Assembly (NCBI GenBank): GCA_963788375.1
Contig: CAWBGT010000027.1
Coordinates: 1,168,047-1,232,046 of the forward strand
Length of the DNA stretch: 64,000 nucleotides
Reading direction: 5' to 3'
Origin: an uncultured Chloroflexia bacterium
GTDB taxonomy: Bacteria > Chloroflexota > Limnocylindria > Limnocylindrales > CSP1-4
Of the stretch, positions 1-9,397 are shown in pieces (position 1 is the first letter of the stretch; the number at the start of each line of letters is the position of its first letter). Position numbers and translations under genes: made by a program. The notes beneath the pieces are model-generated. The model worked only from the letters and a program-made list of their open reading frames with translations, did not search any database and was not told the DNA's origin.

Positions 1-291
1 GAGGTGCCCGCCCTGGTGGATGGCATGGGCGTCCACGCCACGGCGATCGCCGCGCTGCCGCCGCAGCTCGCGGCGTACACCCGGCCCGCCGTCGATTGCC
101 AGGAGCTCACCGTCCGCGCCGCGCTCGACGAGGACCGCGATCTCGTCTATCACGCCGTGCTCACCGATCCCATCGTCCAGGCCAGCCTCACGCTCGACCA
201 GGCCTGGCAGCTCACCGACGAGCTCATCGATGCCGAAGGGGAATGGCTCCCCCGCTGGCTCGGCGGCTCGGCACCGGACTGGCTCGAATGA
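1..291 (+). CDS. Family 4 glycoside hydrolase (alpha-galactosidase/MelA-like), C-terminal fragment, 5'-truncated by the window
   Basis: EVPALVD...QELTVRAAL...VYHAVLTDP...LTDELI matches the GH4 C-terminus; lies directly upstream of a sugar ABC transporter. Confidence 0.75.
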   Translation, partial: EVPALVDGMGVHATAIAALPPQLAAYTRPAVDCQELTVRAALDEDRDLVYHAVLTDPIVQASLTLDQAWQLTDELIDAEGEWLPRWLGGSAPDWLE

Positions 292-311
292 GCCGCAGGA
301 GGAGGACCACG

Positions 312-1682
312 ATGCTCGCGAAGAGTGGATTCGGGCGGTGGCGCGGCGTCGCCGTCGCCGCGGCCGGGCTGGCCCTGGTGGCCGGCGCCTGTGGTGGAAC
401 CACGACGACGCCGGCGCCCGCGACACCCGCAGCCGCGACCTCAGCACCCGCGACGTCCGGCGAGCCCGATGGCGATACCGGCTACTCGGGACCGCCCGTG
501 AAGATCGAGTACGCGATCTGGGGCGACCCGGCCGAGATCAATAGCCAGAAGGCCGTCGTCGAGGGGTTCACCGCGGCCAACCCCAACATCACCGTCGACG
601 TGACGGTGTCCGACTGGGACGCCTATTGGGACAAGCTGCAGACCGGCCTCGCCGGCGGCGCCGCCCCCGACGTGTTCGCGATGGACGGCCCCCTCGGTCC
701 CGACTACCAGGGTCGCGACGTGCTGCTCGACCTGACCCCGTACATCGAGGGTGAGGGCTACGACCTCGGCCAGCTCGATGACAACGCCGTCAAGGACTTC
801 ACCACCAAGGACGGGAAGGTGTTCGGCCTGCCCCGCGACCTCAACGTGATCGCCCTGTTCTACAACAAGGACATGTTCGATGCGGCCGGCATCGCCTACC
901 CGGACGACACGTGGACGTGGGACAAGCTGGTCGAGGTCGGGAAGCAGCTGACCAAGGACACCAACGGCGACGGCACGGTCGACCAGTGGGGCCTGTACAC
1001 GGAGACCACCGACATGGAGAACGCCTGGTCGGAATTCGTGTGGCAGGCGGGAGGCGACATCATCACCGCGGACGGGACGAAGTCGGCGCTCGACCAGCCC
1101 GAATCCGCCGCCGGAATCCAGTTCCTGCAGGACCTCATCTGGAAGGAAAAGGTGATCCCCGACCCGGCGCTGTTCGCCGAGACGGGCGATGCCTTCGAGC
1201 AGGGCGTGGCGGCGATGGAGATCAACGGCTCATGGCTCGTGCCGACCCACGAGGCGGCCGGCATCAACCTCGGGATCGCACCCCTCCCAGCCGGCCCGGC
1301 CGGCAAGGCCACCTCGGTCAACCCCACGGGGGCGGTCGTGTACTCCGGGACCAAGGCTCCCGAAGCGTCCTGGCTGCTGGCCAAGTACCTCGCGAGCCCG
1401 GAGGCCCAGACCAAGATCATGGCCCTCAAGGCCTCGGTGCCGGTCAACAAGGAGATCCTGGCCACCACCTACCCGGCGTCCTTCGACGGGGCGCAGGTGT
1501 TCGCGGACTCGCTCGCGTTCGCTCATCTCAAACCGGCATTCGCCGGCTACAACGAGTTCAACACGATCCTCCAGACCGAGCTCGACGCTAACGTGTTCAA
1601 CGCCCCCAACAAGACCGCCGCCGAGGCGCTCGCATCGGTGAACGACGAGTTGAACGGCATCCTGGCAGCCGGCCAGCCGTAG
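312..1682 (+). CDS. Sugar ABC transporter substrate-binding lipoprotein
   Basis: AGGAGG RBS before ATG 312; lipobox-like LVAGAC; Pro/Ala/Thr linker; APDVF, FYNKDMF and WTWD motifs of carbohydrate-binding proteins. Confidence 0.92.
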   Translation: MLAKSGFGRWRGVAVAAAGLALVAGACGGTTTTPAPATPAAATSAPATSGEPDGDTGYSGPPVKIEYAIWGDPAEINSQKAVVEGFTAANPNITVDVTVSDWDAYWDKLQTGLAGGAAPDVFAMDGPLGPDYQGRDVLLDLTPYIEGEGYDLGQLDDNAVKDFTTKDGKVFGLPRDLNVIALFYNKDMFDAAGIAYPDDTWTWDKLVEVGKQLTKDTNGDGTVDQWGLYTETTDMENAWSEFVWQAGGDIITADGTKSALDQPESAAGIQFLQDLIWKEKVIPDPALFAETGDAFEQGVAAMEINGSWLVPTHEAAGINLGIAPLPAGPAGKATSVNPTGAVVYSGTKAPEASWLLAKYLASPEAQTKIMALKASVPVNKEILATTYPASFDGAQVFADSLAFAHLKPAFAGYNEFNTILQTELDANVFNAPNKTAAEALASVNDELNGILAAGQP

Positions 1683-1723
1683 GCCCGGCGGTCCGGTCAA
1701 CCCATCGTGCTTGAGGGGCAGCC

Positions 1724-2689
1724 ATGAGCGACCCGACGGAGCGCCGGTCGTTCGGGTCGGGCTGGATCGGCATGCGCTTCTCGCGGGACCGCGGCGGGGC
1801 CCCGTCGCGCCGCGGTCCGAGGGGGCGCGACGAACGCTGGGCGTTCCTGTTCGTCGCGCCCATGGTCGTGGGCCTGGTGTTCCTCTCGGCCGGGCCGATC
1901 CTCGCCACGCTCGGGATCAGCTTCACGAACTGGGACCTCCTGCGGCCGCCCGACTTCGCCGGCCTGGACAACTACCTGAAGCTGGTCGACGACAAGCGGT
2001 TCCTGATGGCGCTGCGCAACACGACCTTCTACACCGTGGTCTCCGTGCCACTGGGGATGGTCCTGTCCCTGGCCATTGCCCTGGCGCTGAACCAGGCGAT
2101 CAGGGGGATCTCGTGGATCCGGACGATGTACTTCCTGCCGCTGGTCACGTCGGCCATCGCGGTCGGTCTCGTCTGGGCCTGGATCTACAGCCCGTCCACC
2201 GGCCTTCTCAACCAGGTCCTGGTCGCGCTGGGCGTCCCGCCCCAGAAGTGGATCACCGACCCCTTCTGGGCCATGCCTTCGATCATCGCGATGTCGATCT
2301 GGCAGGGCCTGCCGGCGAACACGATCATCTTCCTGGCCGGCCTGCAGGCGATCCCCGGTGACTACTACGACGCCGCCAGCGTCGATGGCGCCGGCCGGCC
2401 CGCCCGGTTCCGGCACGTCACGCTGCCCCTGCTCACGCCGAGCCTGTTCTTCACCGGGATCCTGAGCCTGATCGGCTCGTTCCAGGTGTTCGACCAGGTC
2501 TTCGTGCTGTCCCGTCCCGGCAAGCCCACAGACGCGACGATCACGATGGTCTACTTCATCTACGAGAACGGGTTCAAGAACTTCAAGATGGGCTACGCGA
2601 GCGCCGCCTCGTGGGTCCTGTTCCTCATCGTCGCGGCCCTGATGTACGTCTACTTCCGGTCGCAGCGGCGCTGGGTCCACTACCAGTGA
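1724..2689 (+). CDS. Sugar ABC transporter permease (MalF/UgpA-like)
   Basis: Multiple TM segments; EAA-like loop YYDAASVDGA; GYASA motif. Confidence 0.93.
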   Translation: MSDPTERRSFGSGWIGMRFSRDRGGAPSRRGPRGRDERWAFLFVAPMVVGLVFLSAGPILATLGISFTNWDLLRPPDFAGLDNYLKLVDDKRFLMALRNTTFYTVVSVPLGMVLSLAIALALNQAIRGISWIRTMYFLPLVTSAIAVGLVWAWIYSPSTGLLNQVLVALGVPPQKWITDPFWAMPSIIAMSIWQGLPANTIIFLAGLQAIPGDYYDAASVDGAGRPARFRHVTLPLLTPSLFFTGILSLIGSFQVFDQVFVLSRPGKPTDATITMVYFIYENGFKNFKMGYASAASWVLFLIVAALMYVYFRSQRRWVHYQ

Positions 2690-2699
2690 GGCGGTTTCG

Positions 2700-3611
2700 G
2701 TGAGCGCCGTGTCAGTCCCTGCGTCGGCCCGCCGCCCGTACCGGCGGAGCCGGTCCCGCTTCATCGCGGGCCGAGTGGCCGCCTATGCGACCCTCATCGC
2801 CGGCGGCCTGCTGATGATGATCCCGTTCTTCTGGATGCTCCTCACGTCGCTCAAGACGCGCGCCGAGGTCTTCGCCGCGCCGCCGCTCTCGCTCCCCAGC
2901 GGGCCGCACTGGGACAACTACGAGCGGATGTGGAACGCCTTTGGCGACGTCACGTTCGGGACGTTCTTCCTCAACTCGCTCAAGATCGCGGGTCTCAACA
3001 CCATCGGCGAGCTGTTCGCCTGCTCGCTGGCGGCGTTCGCGTTTGCCGTGCTCCCATTCCGCGGCCGGGGTTTCCTGTTCGGCGTCCTGATGGCCACCCT
3101 GATCATCCCCTTCCAGGTGGTGCTGGTGCCGAACTTCATCCTGTGGAGGACGCTGCCGAACCCGTTCAGCGACTCGGGCAACTTCATCGGCACCCAGGAG
3201 CCCCTGTGGCTGGGCGCCTTCTTCGGCGGCGCCTTCGGGATCTTCCTCCTGCGCCAGTTCTTCCTCGCCATTCCCAGCGAGCTGGCCGATGCGGCCCGGG
3301 TCGACGGCGCGAACGCGTGGCAGATCTACCGCCACATCTACATCCCACTCGCACGTCCCGTGCTGGCCACCCTGGCGATCTTCATCTTCATGTGGTCGTG
3401 GAACGACCTGCTGCTCCCGCTCATCTATCTCCGCAACCTCGACCAGTACACGACGACCGTGGGGCTGGCGTTCTTCCAGGGCCAGTACGTGGGCAAGTGG
3501 CCGGAGATGATGGCCGGGGCGATGGTGAGCCTGGTGCCGATGGTGACCCTGTTCATCATTGCGCAGAAGTACTTCGTCCGCGGCATCGCGCTCACCGGCC
3601 TCAAGGGCTGA
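2700..3611 (+). CDS. Sugar ABC transporter permease (MalG/UgpE-like)
   Basis: EAA-like loop ELADAARVDGA; WNDLL; C-terminal QKYFVRG...GLKG. Confidence 0.93.
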   Translation: MSAVSVPASARRPYRRSRSRFIAGRVAAYATLIAGGLLMMIPFFWMLLTSLKTRAEVFAAPPLSLPSGPHWDNYERMWNAFGDVTFGTFFLNSLKIAGLNTIGELFACSLAAFAFAVLPFRGRGFLFGVLMATLIIPFQVVLVPNFILWRTLPNPFSDSGNFIGTQEPLWLGAFFGGAFGIFLLRQFFLAIPSELADAARVDGANAWQIYRHIYIPLARPVLATLAIFIFMWSWNDLLLPLIYLRNLDQYTTTVGLAFFQGQYVGKWPEMMAGAMVSLVPMVTLFIIAQKYFVRGIALTGLKG

Positions 3612-3618
3612 GGTGGCG

Positions 3619-4686
3619 GTGGATCGCCTGGCCCTCGACGACTACCGGCCCCGGCAGGCCCTGCGCGTCGCGGAGAACCGCGTGCCGCTGCCCCGGTTCC
3701 CGGTCATCGACGCCCACAACCATCTCGGCGTGCCCTTCGGGGGTGACTGGTCCACCCGGGCCGCCGGCGAGCTCGCCGCGGTCCTGGACGGCTCGGGCGT
3801 CGAGAGCATCGTCGACCTCGACGGCGGTTGGGGCGAAGCGCTGCGGTGCGAGATCGAGCGGTGGCAGGCGGCACTGCCGGGCCGGGTCGCCATATTCGCG
3901 GGCCTGGACTACGGCGGCTGGGCGGCCGATCCGGGCTTCGGGGAGACCGAGGCCGCCCGGCTGAAGGATGGCGTGGCGGCCGGTGCGCGGGGCCTCAAGG
4001 TCTGGAAGATGCTGGGTCTGCGGGCGCGGGACCCGGGGGGCCGGCTCGTCGCCGTGGACGATCCGCGGCTGGATGCGCTGTGGGCGACGGCCGGTGAGCT
4101 GGGCGTCCCGGTGACGATCCACGTCGCGGACCCGGTCGCCTTCTTCGAGCCTCTTGACGCGGGGAACGAGCGATGGGAGGAGCTCCGCGCGCATCCCGAC
4201 TGGCACTTCTGGCCGACGCGGCCCGCGGGCCGCCCGGAGCTGGATGGGTTCCCGCCGTTCGACGAGCTCATCGACGGGCTCGAGGCGGTCGTGACCCGCC
4301 ACCCGCGCACGACCTTCATCGGTGCCCACGTCGGGTGTGCCGCCGAGGATCTAGAGCGGGTCTCGCGGATCCTGGAGCGTGCCCAGAACTTCCATGTGGA
4401 CCTCGCCGCGCGGATCAGCGAGCTGGGTCGCCAGCCATACGGTGCACGGGCCTTCATCACCCGCTGGGCGGATCGCGTCCTGTTCGGCACGGATATGGCG
4501 CCCGATCCGGCCTGGTGGTCCGTCTACTACCGGTTCCTCGAGACGGCGGACGAGTCCTTCGCCTACGACAGCGACGAGTCAGGGCCACCCAGCCAGGGGC
4601 GCTGGCGCATCCACGGTCTCGAGCTTGCCGACGACGTGCTGCGGCGGGTGTACCACGACAACGCGGCGGCGCTGATCCGCTTCTGA
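3619..4686 (+). CDS. Amidohydrolase-superfamily metal-dependent hydrolase
   Basis: IDAHNH metal motif; GLKVWK; IHVADP; GAHVG; LFGTD. Start could be 3613 or 3619. Confidence 0.85.
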   Translation: MDRLALDDYRPRQALRVAENRVPLPRFPVIDAHNHLGVPFGGDWSTRAAGELAAVLDGSGVESIVDLDGGWGEALRCEIERWQAALPGRVAIFAGLDYGGWAADPGFGETEAARLKDGVAAGARGLKVWKMLGLRARDPGGRLVAVDDPRLDALWATAGELGVPVTIHVADPVAFFEPLDAGNERWEELRAHPDWHFWPTRPAGRPELDGFPPFDELIDGLEAVVTRHPRTTFIGAHVGCAAEDLERVSRILERAQNFHVDLAARISELGRQPYGARAFITRWADRVLFGTDMAPDPAWWSVYYRFLETADESFAYDSDESGPPSQGRWRIHGLELADDVLRRVYHDNAAALIRF

Positions 4687-4989
4687 CGCCGCGCCGCTTC
4701 TGACGCCGGGGCTGTAGATCCGGGCGTCGGTCCACGGCCCAGTTCTGAGTCGGCTGGGACTCAGCGGAACGTGTCCCGAGCGTGGTTCGAGCATCGGGGC
4801 GCGACTTTGCAGCGCGAGTCGTGCGGCAGCATCGCCCGTCCGAGTCCTGGGCGACTCAGGCGAATGGCCACGAGTCCAGCCTGAGTCCCGCCCTGGCCCG
4901 CCCGAGACTCGGGCGACGCGGGCGAATCGCAAAGCGCACGGCCGCACCTCATGACCGTCAACGCACCACCGGGCAACAACCCCCCGCCT

Positions 4990-5018
4990 TTGACGGTTCG
5001 GGGTTCCCCCGATACCAT
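4990..5018 (+). promoter_or_regulatory. Sigma70-type promoter of greA
   Basis: TTGACG (4990-4995), 17-bp spacer, TACCAT (5013-5018). Confidence 0.65.
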
Positions 5019-5034
5019 TCCGCCCGATCAGTGA

Positions 5035-5074
5035 ACCTCGGCGGCGCCAGGAAACGCCCCGGGGTCCTTTTGTT
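5035..5074 (+). terminator. Terminator-like hairpin in the greA leader (candidate attenuator)
   Basis: ACCTCGG-cGGCG...CGCC-CCGGGGT stem followed by CCTTTTGTT. Confidence 0.55.
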
Positions 5075-5133
5075 CAAATCGACCGAGCGGCCGCATCTGT
5101 CGATGCCGGACCGCACCCCGGGGGCTCGCCCGC

Positions 5134-5598
5134 GTGAACAGCAAGACCACCTATATCAGCAAGGACGGCCTCGAGAAGCTCCGCGCGGAGCTCGACGAGA
5201 TGGTGAGCGTCCGGCGTCCCGAGATCGCCCAGCGGATCCACGACGCCAAGGAGCATGGGGATCTCTCGGAGAACGCCGAGTACGAGGACGCCAAGAACGA
5301 GCAGGCATTCGTCGAGGGCCGCATCCAGACCCTCGAGTCGATGATCAAGAGTGCGTCGCTGATCGACGAGCACACCTCGACGGACCACGTGCAGATCGGG
5401 TCCACCGTCAAGGTCGACGGCGACGACGGGGTCGAGACCTTCTCCATCGTCGGATCGGCCGAGGCAAAGCCTGCCGACGGTCGCATCTCCAACGAATCGC
5501 CAGTCGGCCGTGCCCTGCTGGGCCGCAAGAAGGGCGACAAGGTCGTCGTCTCGGTTCCCGCCGGCGACTTCTCCTACAAGATTCTCGAGATCAGCTAG
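5134..5598 (+). CDS. greA: Transcription elongation factor GreA
   Basis: HGDLSENAEYEDAK and ISNESPVGRALLG motifs. Confidence 0.97.
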   Translation: MNSKTTYISKDGLEKLRAELDEMVSVRRPEIAQRIHDAKEHGDLSENAEYEDAKNEQAFVEGRIQTLESMIKSASLIDEHTSTDHVQIGSTVKVDGDDGVETFSIVGSAEAKPADGRISNESPVGRALLGRKKGDKVVVSVPAGDFSYKILEIS

Positions 5599-5680
5599 AC
5601 GAACCACGGCCCGCGGCCGGCACCAGGCGGCGCGACGGGACCAACCCGGCAGCGCGCCTGCCGGAGAGAGGGGCTGCACC

Positions 5681-7294
5681 GTGGACTGGGCGGACGAGCT
5701 GGCGGCAAGCGTCGAGGGGCCGCAGGTCGTCAACGACTCCAAGACCCCGTCCGGGACCGTCCATGTTGGCAGCCTGCGCGGACCCGTGATCCTCGACGTG
5801 ATCACGCGGGCGTTGCGCGCCCGGGGCCTCGAGGCCACGCTGCTCTACGGCGTCGATGACATGGACTCCATGGACGCCCAGGCGCTGCTCACGCCCGATG
5901 CGGTGGACCGCTACATGGGCGTACCCCTGGCCCACATCCCCGACCAGGCCGGCGACTGCCACGCGTCCTACGCCCGCCACCATGCCCAGACGTTCGTAGA
6001 CACGTTTGCCGGCCTCGGCATCGTGCCCGACCGCTACTACTGGATGAGCGACATCTACCCCACCGGGCAGATGGACCCGTTCATCCGGATGGCGCTGGAC
6101 CGGGCCGCGGTGGTTCGCGCCATCTACCGCCGGGTCGCAAACGTCCAGCACCCCGATCACTGGCTGCCCCTGGGCGCCGTGTGCCCCGACTGCGGACGGG
6201 TGGGGACCACCATCGCCTCGGACTGGGACGGGGAGACCGTGGCCGTTGCCTGCCGGCCCGACCTGGTCACGTGGGCCACGGGCTGCGGCTGGAGCGGCCG
6301 GATCGCTCCGTTCGGTGGCACCGCCAAGCTGCCCTGGAACCTGGAGTGGGCGGCCCAGTGGAGCCTGTTCGGGGTGACCATCGAGCCCAACGGCAAGGAC
6401 CTCGCGACGGCGGGCGGCAGCCGGGACCGCTCGGACGCAGTTGCCCGCGAGGTGTTCGACCGGGAGCCCCCGCTCAACTTCCCGTACGAGTTCCTCAACA
6501 TCGGCGGCCGCAAGATGTCGACCTCCAAGGGCAGGGGAGCGGCCGCCCACCGGTTCACCGAGGTGGTGCCCCCGGAGCAGACCCGCTTCCTGTTCGTGCG
6601 TCACCGGCCGGAGTCGGTGATCGAGTTCGATCCCGAAGGCACCGATGCCGTCCCGCGGCTGTTCGACGAGTTCGATCGCCTGGCGGCCGCGACGGCCGGC
6701 CACGAGGTCAAGGGTGAGCTGCCGCCCGGCCACGAATCCATCTTCCGGTACTCGCTCCTGGATCCCCGGGCAGACGTGGCCGCAGCCGCGGACGCCTTCC
6801 GGCCGGCGTTCGCGCACCTCGCACTCCTGGCACAGATCCCCGGCGTGGACGTCCACGCGCGGGTGGCCGCCGAGAAGGGCTCGCCCCTGGCGGCGGGCGA
6901 GGCCGCCGATCTCGAGACCCGGCTTGCCGCCGTCGACCGCTGGCTGGAGGCCTACGCGCCGGAGCGGTCCCGGATCGAGATCCGGCGTGATGGCCTGCCC
7001 GTGGAGGCAGCCGCGCTTGATCCAGGGCAACGCGGGTTCCTGGCTGGCCTGGCGATGGCCGCCGGGGCGGTTGCCCCGGCGTCCGGCGAGCAGTGGCAGA
7101 CGACGATCTTCACCATCGCCGGCGTGGTCGGCCTGGACGCCAGGGCCGCGTTCAACGCTCTCTATCTCGCTTTCCTGGGCCGGGCCAACGGTCCGCGAGC
7201 CGGCTGGCTGCTGGCCAGCCTGGACCCCGACTTCGTCATCCGCCGGCTGACCGAGGCGGGTGCCGCCGGGGACACCGTGGAGGCGACCGCATGA
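5681..7294 (+). CDS. lysS: Lysine--tRNA ligase, class I
   Basis: TPSGTVHVGSLRG (HIGH-like), CPDCGR, GKD, KMSTSKG (KMSKS-like), GPRAG C-terminus of LysRS1. Confidence 0.93.
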   Translation: MDWADELAASVEGPQVVNDSKTPSGTVHVGSLRGPVILDVITRALRARGLEATLLYGVDDMDSMDAQALLTPDAVDRYMGVPLAHIPDQAGDCHASYARHHAQTFVDTFAGLGIVPDRYYWMSDIYPTGQMDPFIRMALDRAAVVRAIYRRVANVQHPDHWLPLGAVCPDCGRVGTTIASDWDGETVAVACRPDLVTWATGCGWSGRIAPFGGTAKLPWNLEWAAQWSLFGVTIEPNGKDLATAGGSRDRSDAVAREVFDREPPLNFPYEFLNIGGRKMSTSKGRGAAAHRFTEVVPPEQTRFLFVRHRPESVIEFDPEGTDAVPRLFDEFDRLAAATAGHEVKGELPPGHESIFRYSLLDPRADVAAAADAFRPAFAHLALLAQIPGVDVHARVAAEKGSPLAAGEAADLETRLAAVDRWLEAYAPERSRIEIRRDGLPVEAAALDPGQRGFLAGLAMAAGAVAPASGEQWQTTIFTIAGVVGLDARAAFNALYLAFLGRANGPRAGWLLASLDPDFVIRRLTEAGAAGDTVEATA

Positions 7295-8616
7295 GCGTCG
7301 GCGTGCAGCGGCTGCGGGACGAGCCAGAGCGGATCCGCCAGGGTGCCATCGACAAACGCGAGGACCCGGGGCTCGTGGACCGGGCGATCGAAGCCGATGC
7401 CCGCCGAAGGCGGCTCCAGGCGGAGTCCGACGGGCTCAAGGCGGACCGCAACACCGCCAGCAAGCGGATCGGCGAGGCCATTCGCGGTGGTGCCCGCCCG
7501 GACGGTCCGGAGGTCGCGGATCTCCGGGAGGCATCGACGCGGGCCGGAATGCGGATCGACGAGATCGACGCCGAGCTTGCCGCGGCCGAGGAGGAGCTCT
7601 CGGACCTGCTCCTGCGGATCCCGAACCCCGCGGACCCCGAGGTCCCCGTGGGTGGCGAGGAAGCCAACGTCACGGTTCGCACCTGGGGCGAGCCTGCCAG
7701 CCGCGACTCGGCCGGTCCCGACGGCAGGGCATGGGAGCGCCGCCCGCACTGGGAGGTCGGCGAGGCGCTGGACATCATCGACAACCCGCGCGGCGCCAAG
7801 ATCGCGGGATCCGGTTTCCCGGTCTACAAGGGCGCCGGGTCGCGTCTCCAGCGCAGCCTGATCAGCTGGTTCCTTGACGTCCACACCACCGAGCACGGCT
7901 TCACCGAGGTGTGGCCGCCGGCCGTCGTCAACACGGCATCGGCTCGCGGAACCGGCCAGATCCCGGACAAGGAAGACCAGATGTACGTCGCCACCCGCGA
8001 CGAGCTGTACCTGGTCCCCACCGCCGAGGTCCCGGTAACGAACCTCCACCGCGACGAGATCCTCGAAGCGTCCGACCTTCCGATCCGCTACGCGGCGTAC
8101 TCGCCGTGCTTCCGGCGCGAGGCGGGGGCCGCTGGCAAGGACACGCGTGGCATCCTGCGGGTCCACCAGTTCGACAAGGTGGAGATGGTCCTGTTCGAGA
8201 AGCCGGACGACAGCCCCGAGGCGCTCGAGTGGATGACCGCCCGCGCCGAGGTCCTCCTCCAGCGCCTGGGCCTGCCGTACCGGGTGCTGCTGATGAGCAC
8301 CGGTGAGATGGGCTTCGTCCAGCGCAAGAAGTACGACCTCGAGGTCTGGGCCCCGGGCGTGGAGCGCTGGCTGGAGGTCAGCTCGTGCTCCAACTTCGGC
8401 GACTACCAGGCTCGCCGCATGGCGATCCGCTATCGACCCGAGCCGGGCGCGAAGCCCGAGCTCGTGCACACGCTCAATGGCTCCGGGCTCGCGCTGCCCC
8501 GAATCGTGGCCGCGATCCTCGAGGCCTGCCAGCAGGCGGACGGGACGGTTGTCGTCCCGGACGTCCTGCGCTCGTACATGGGCACGGATAGGATTGGCGC
8601 ACCGGCCACGGCCTGA
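7291..8616 (+). CDS. serS: Serine--tRNA ligase
   Basis: LVPTAEVP, FRREAG, RVHQFDKVE, EVSSCSN, HTLNGSGLA; ATGA overlap with lysS. Confidence 0.98.
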   Translation: MSVGVQRLRDEPERIRQGAIDKREDPGLVDRAIEADARRRRLQAESDGLKADRNTASKRIGEAIRGGARPDGPEVADLREASTRAGMRIDEIDAELAAAEEELSDLLLRIPNPADPEVPVGGEEANVTVRTWGEPASRDSAGPDGRAWERRPHWEVGEALDIIDNPRGAKIAGSGFPVYKGAGSRLQRSLISWFLDVHTTEHGFTEVWPPAVVNTASARGTGQIPDKEDQMYVATRDELYLVPTAEVPVTNLHRDEILEASDLPIRYAAYSPCFRREAGAAGKDTRGILRVHQFDKVEMVLFEKPDDSPEALEWMTARAEVLLQRLGLPYRVLLMSTGEMGFVQRKKYDLEVWAPGVERWLEVSSCSNFGDYQARRMAIRYRPEPGAKPELVHTLNGSGLALPRIVAAILEACQQADGTVVVPDVLRSYMGTDRIGAPATA

Positions 8617-8658
8617 GGGGCTATGCCGCCGGCGAGCAGTCCCAGGAGGATCTCCGCG

Positions 8659-9138
8659 ATGGCACAGCCCTACCAGCCCGCATCCGCGCCGGACGGCCCG
8701 GCACCGGGGGTCAGATTTGCCAGCTCCTTCAAGCGCCTCATCGCCTACTGGATCGACGGCATGGTCGCGGGCGTCGCCGCGGTTGCCATCATGTTCGTGT
8801 TCGGGTCGATCGGAGGGGTCGCCGGCGAGGACGACATGAACATCATCGCCGGGGTGAGCATCGTGATCGCCATCCTCGGCGTGTTCATCGTCACCTTCCT
8901 GTACTTCCCGTACTTCTGGTCCCACGGCGGGCAGACGCCGGGCGCGAAGCTGCTGGGGATCAAGGTGGTGCGGGACGAGGACGGCGGCCCGATCGGCTGG
9001 GGTTCGGCAATCCTGCGCCTGATCGGGTACTACATCAGCATCATGGTGTTCTACCTGGGCTTCATCTGGATCCTGTTCGACAAGCGCAAGCGCGGCTGGC
9101 ATGACCTCATGGCGGGCACCTGCGTGGTCGCCGTCTAG
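8659..9138 (+). CDS. RDD family membrane protein
   Basis: KRLIAYWID, GQTPG, WHDLMAGTCVV; AGGAGG RBS. Confidence 0.9.
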   Translation: MAQPYQPASAPDGPAPGVRFASSFKRLIAYWIDGMVAGVAAVAIMFVFGSIGGVAGEDDMNIIAGVSIVIAILGVFIVTFLYFPYFWSHGGQTPGAKLLGIKVVRDEDGGPIGWGSAILRLIGYYISIMVFYLGFIWILFDKRKRGWHDLMAGTCVVAV

Positions 9139-9220
9139 GGCTGCGGTCCGCTGTCCCGTGGCTGGTTGACCCGCCACGGGACCGGACCGGGGCGCCTCGG
9201 CCGCTGCTATGCTCGCCCGC

Positions 9221-9306
9221 GGCGAGGTGGCCGAGCGGTCTAAGGCAGCGCTCTTGAAAAGCGCCGGGCGCAAGCCCCGTGGGTTCGAATCCCACCCTCG
9301 CCGCCA
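9221..9306 (+). tRNA. tRNA-Ser(UGA)
   Basis: Acceptor GGCGAGG/CCTCGCC, G73, CCA; anticodon arm GCGCT-CT-TGA-AA-AGCGC; long variable arm; GTTCGAATC. Confidence 0.97.
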
Positions 9307-9397
9307 CCGGTCATCTGGACCTTGACGCTGGCGCGTTCGCTGCGATCATCGGGACGGGCCCCGATGGGCCCACGCCACTGCCGTGGGGGATCGCCCG

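Noticed and set aside
9221-9306. tRNA with TGA in the loop as a possible selenocysteine or opal-suppressor tRNA
   Set aside because: Anticodon UGA reads Ser codons; tRNA-Sec would have anticodon UCA and a longer acceptor stem
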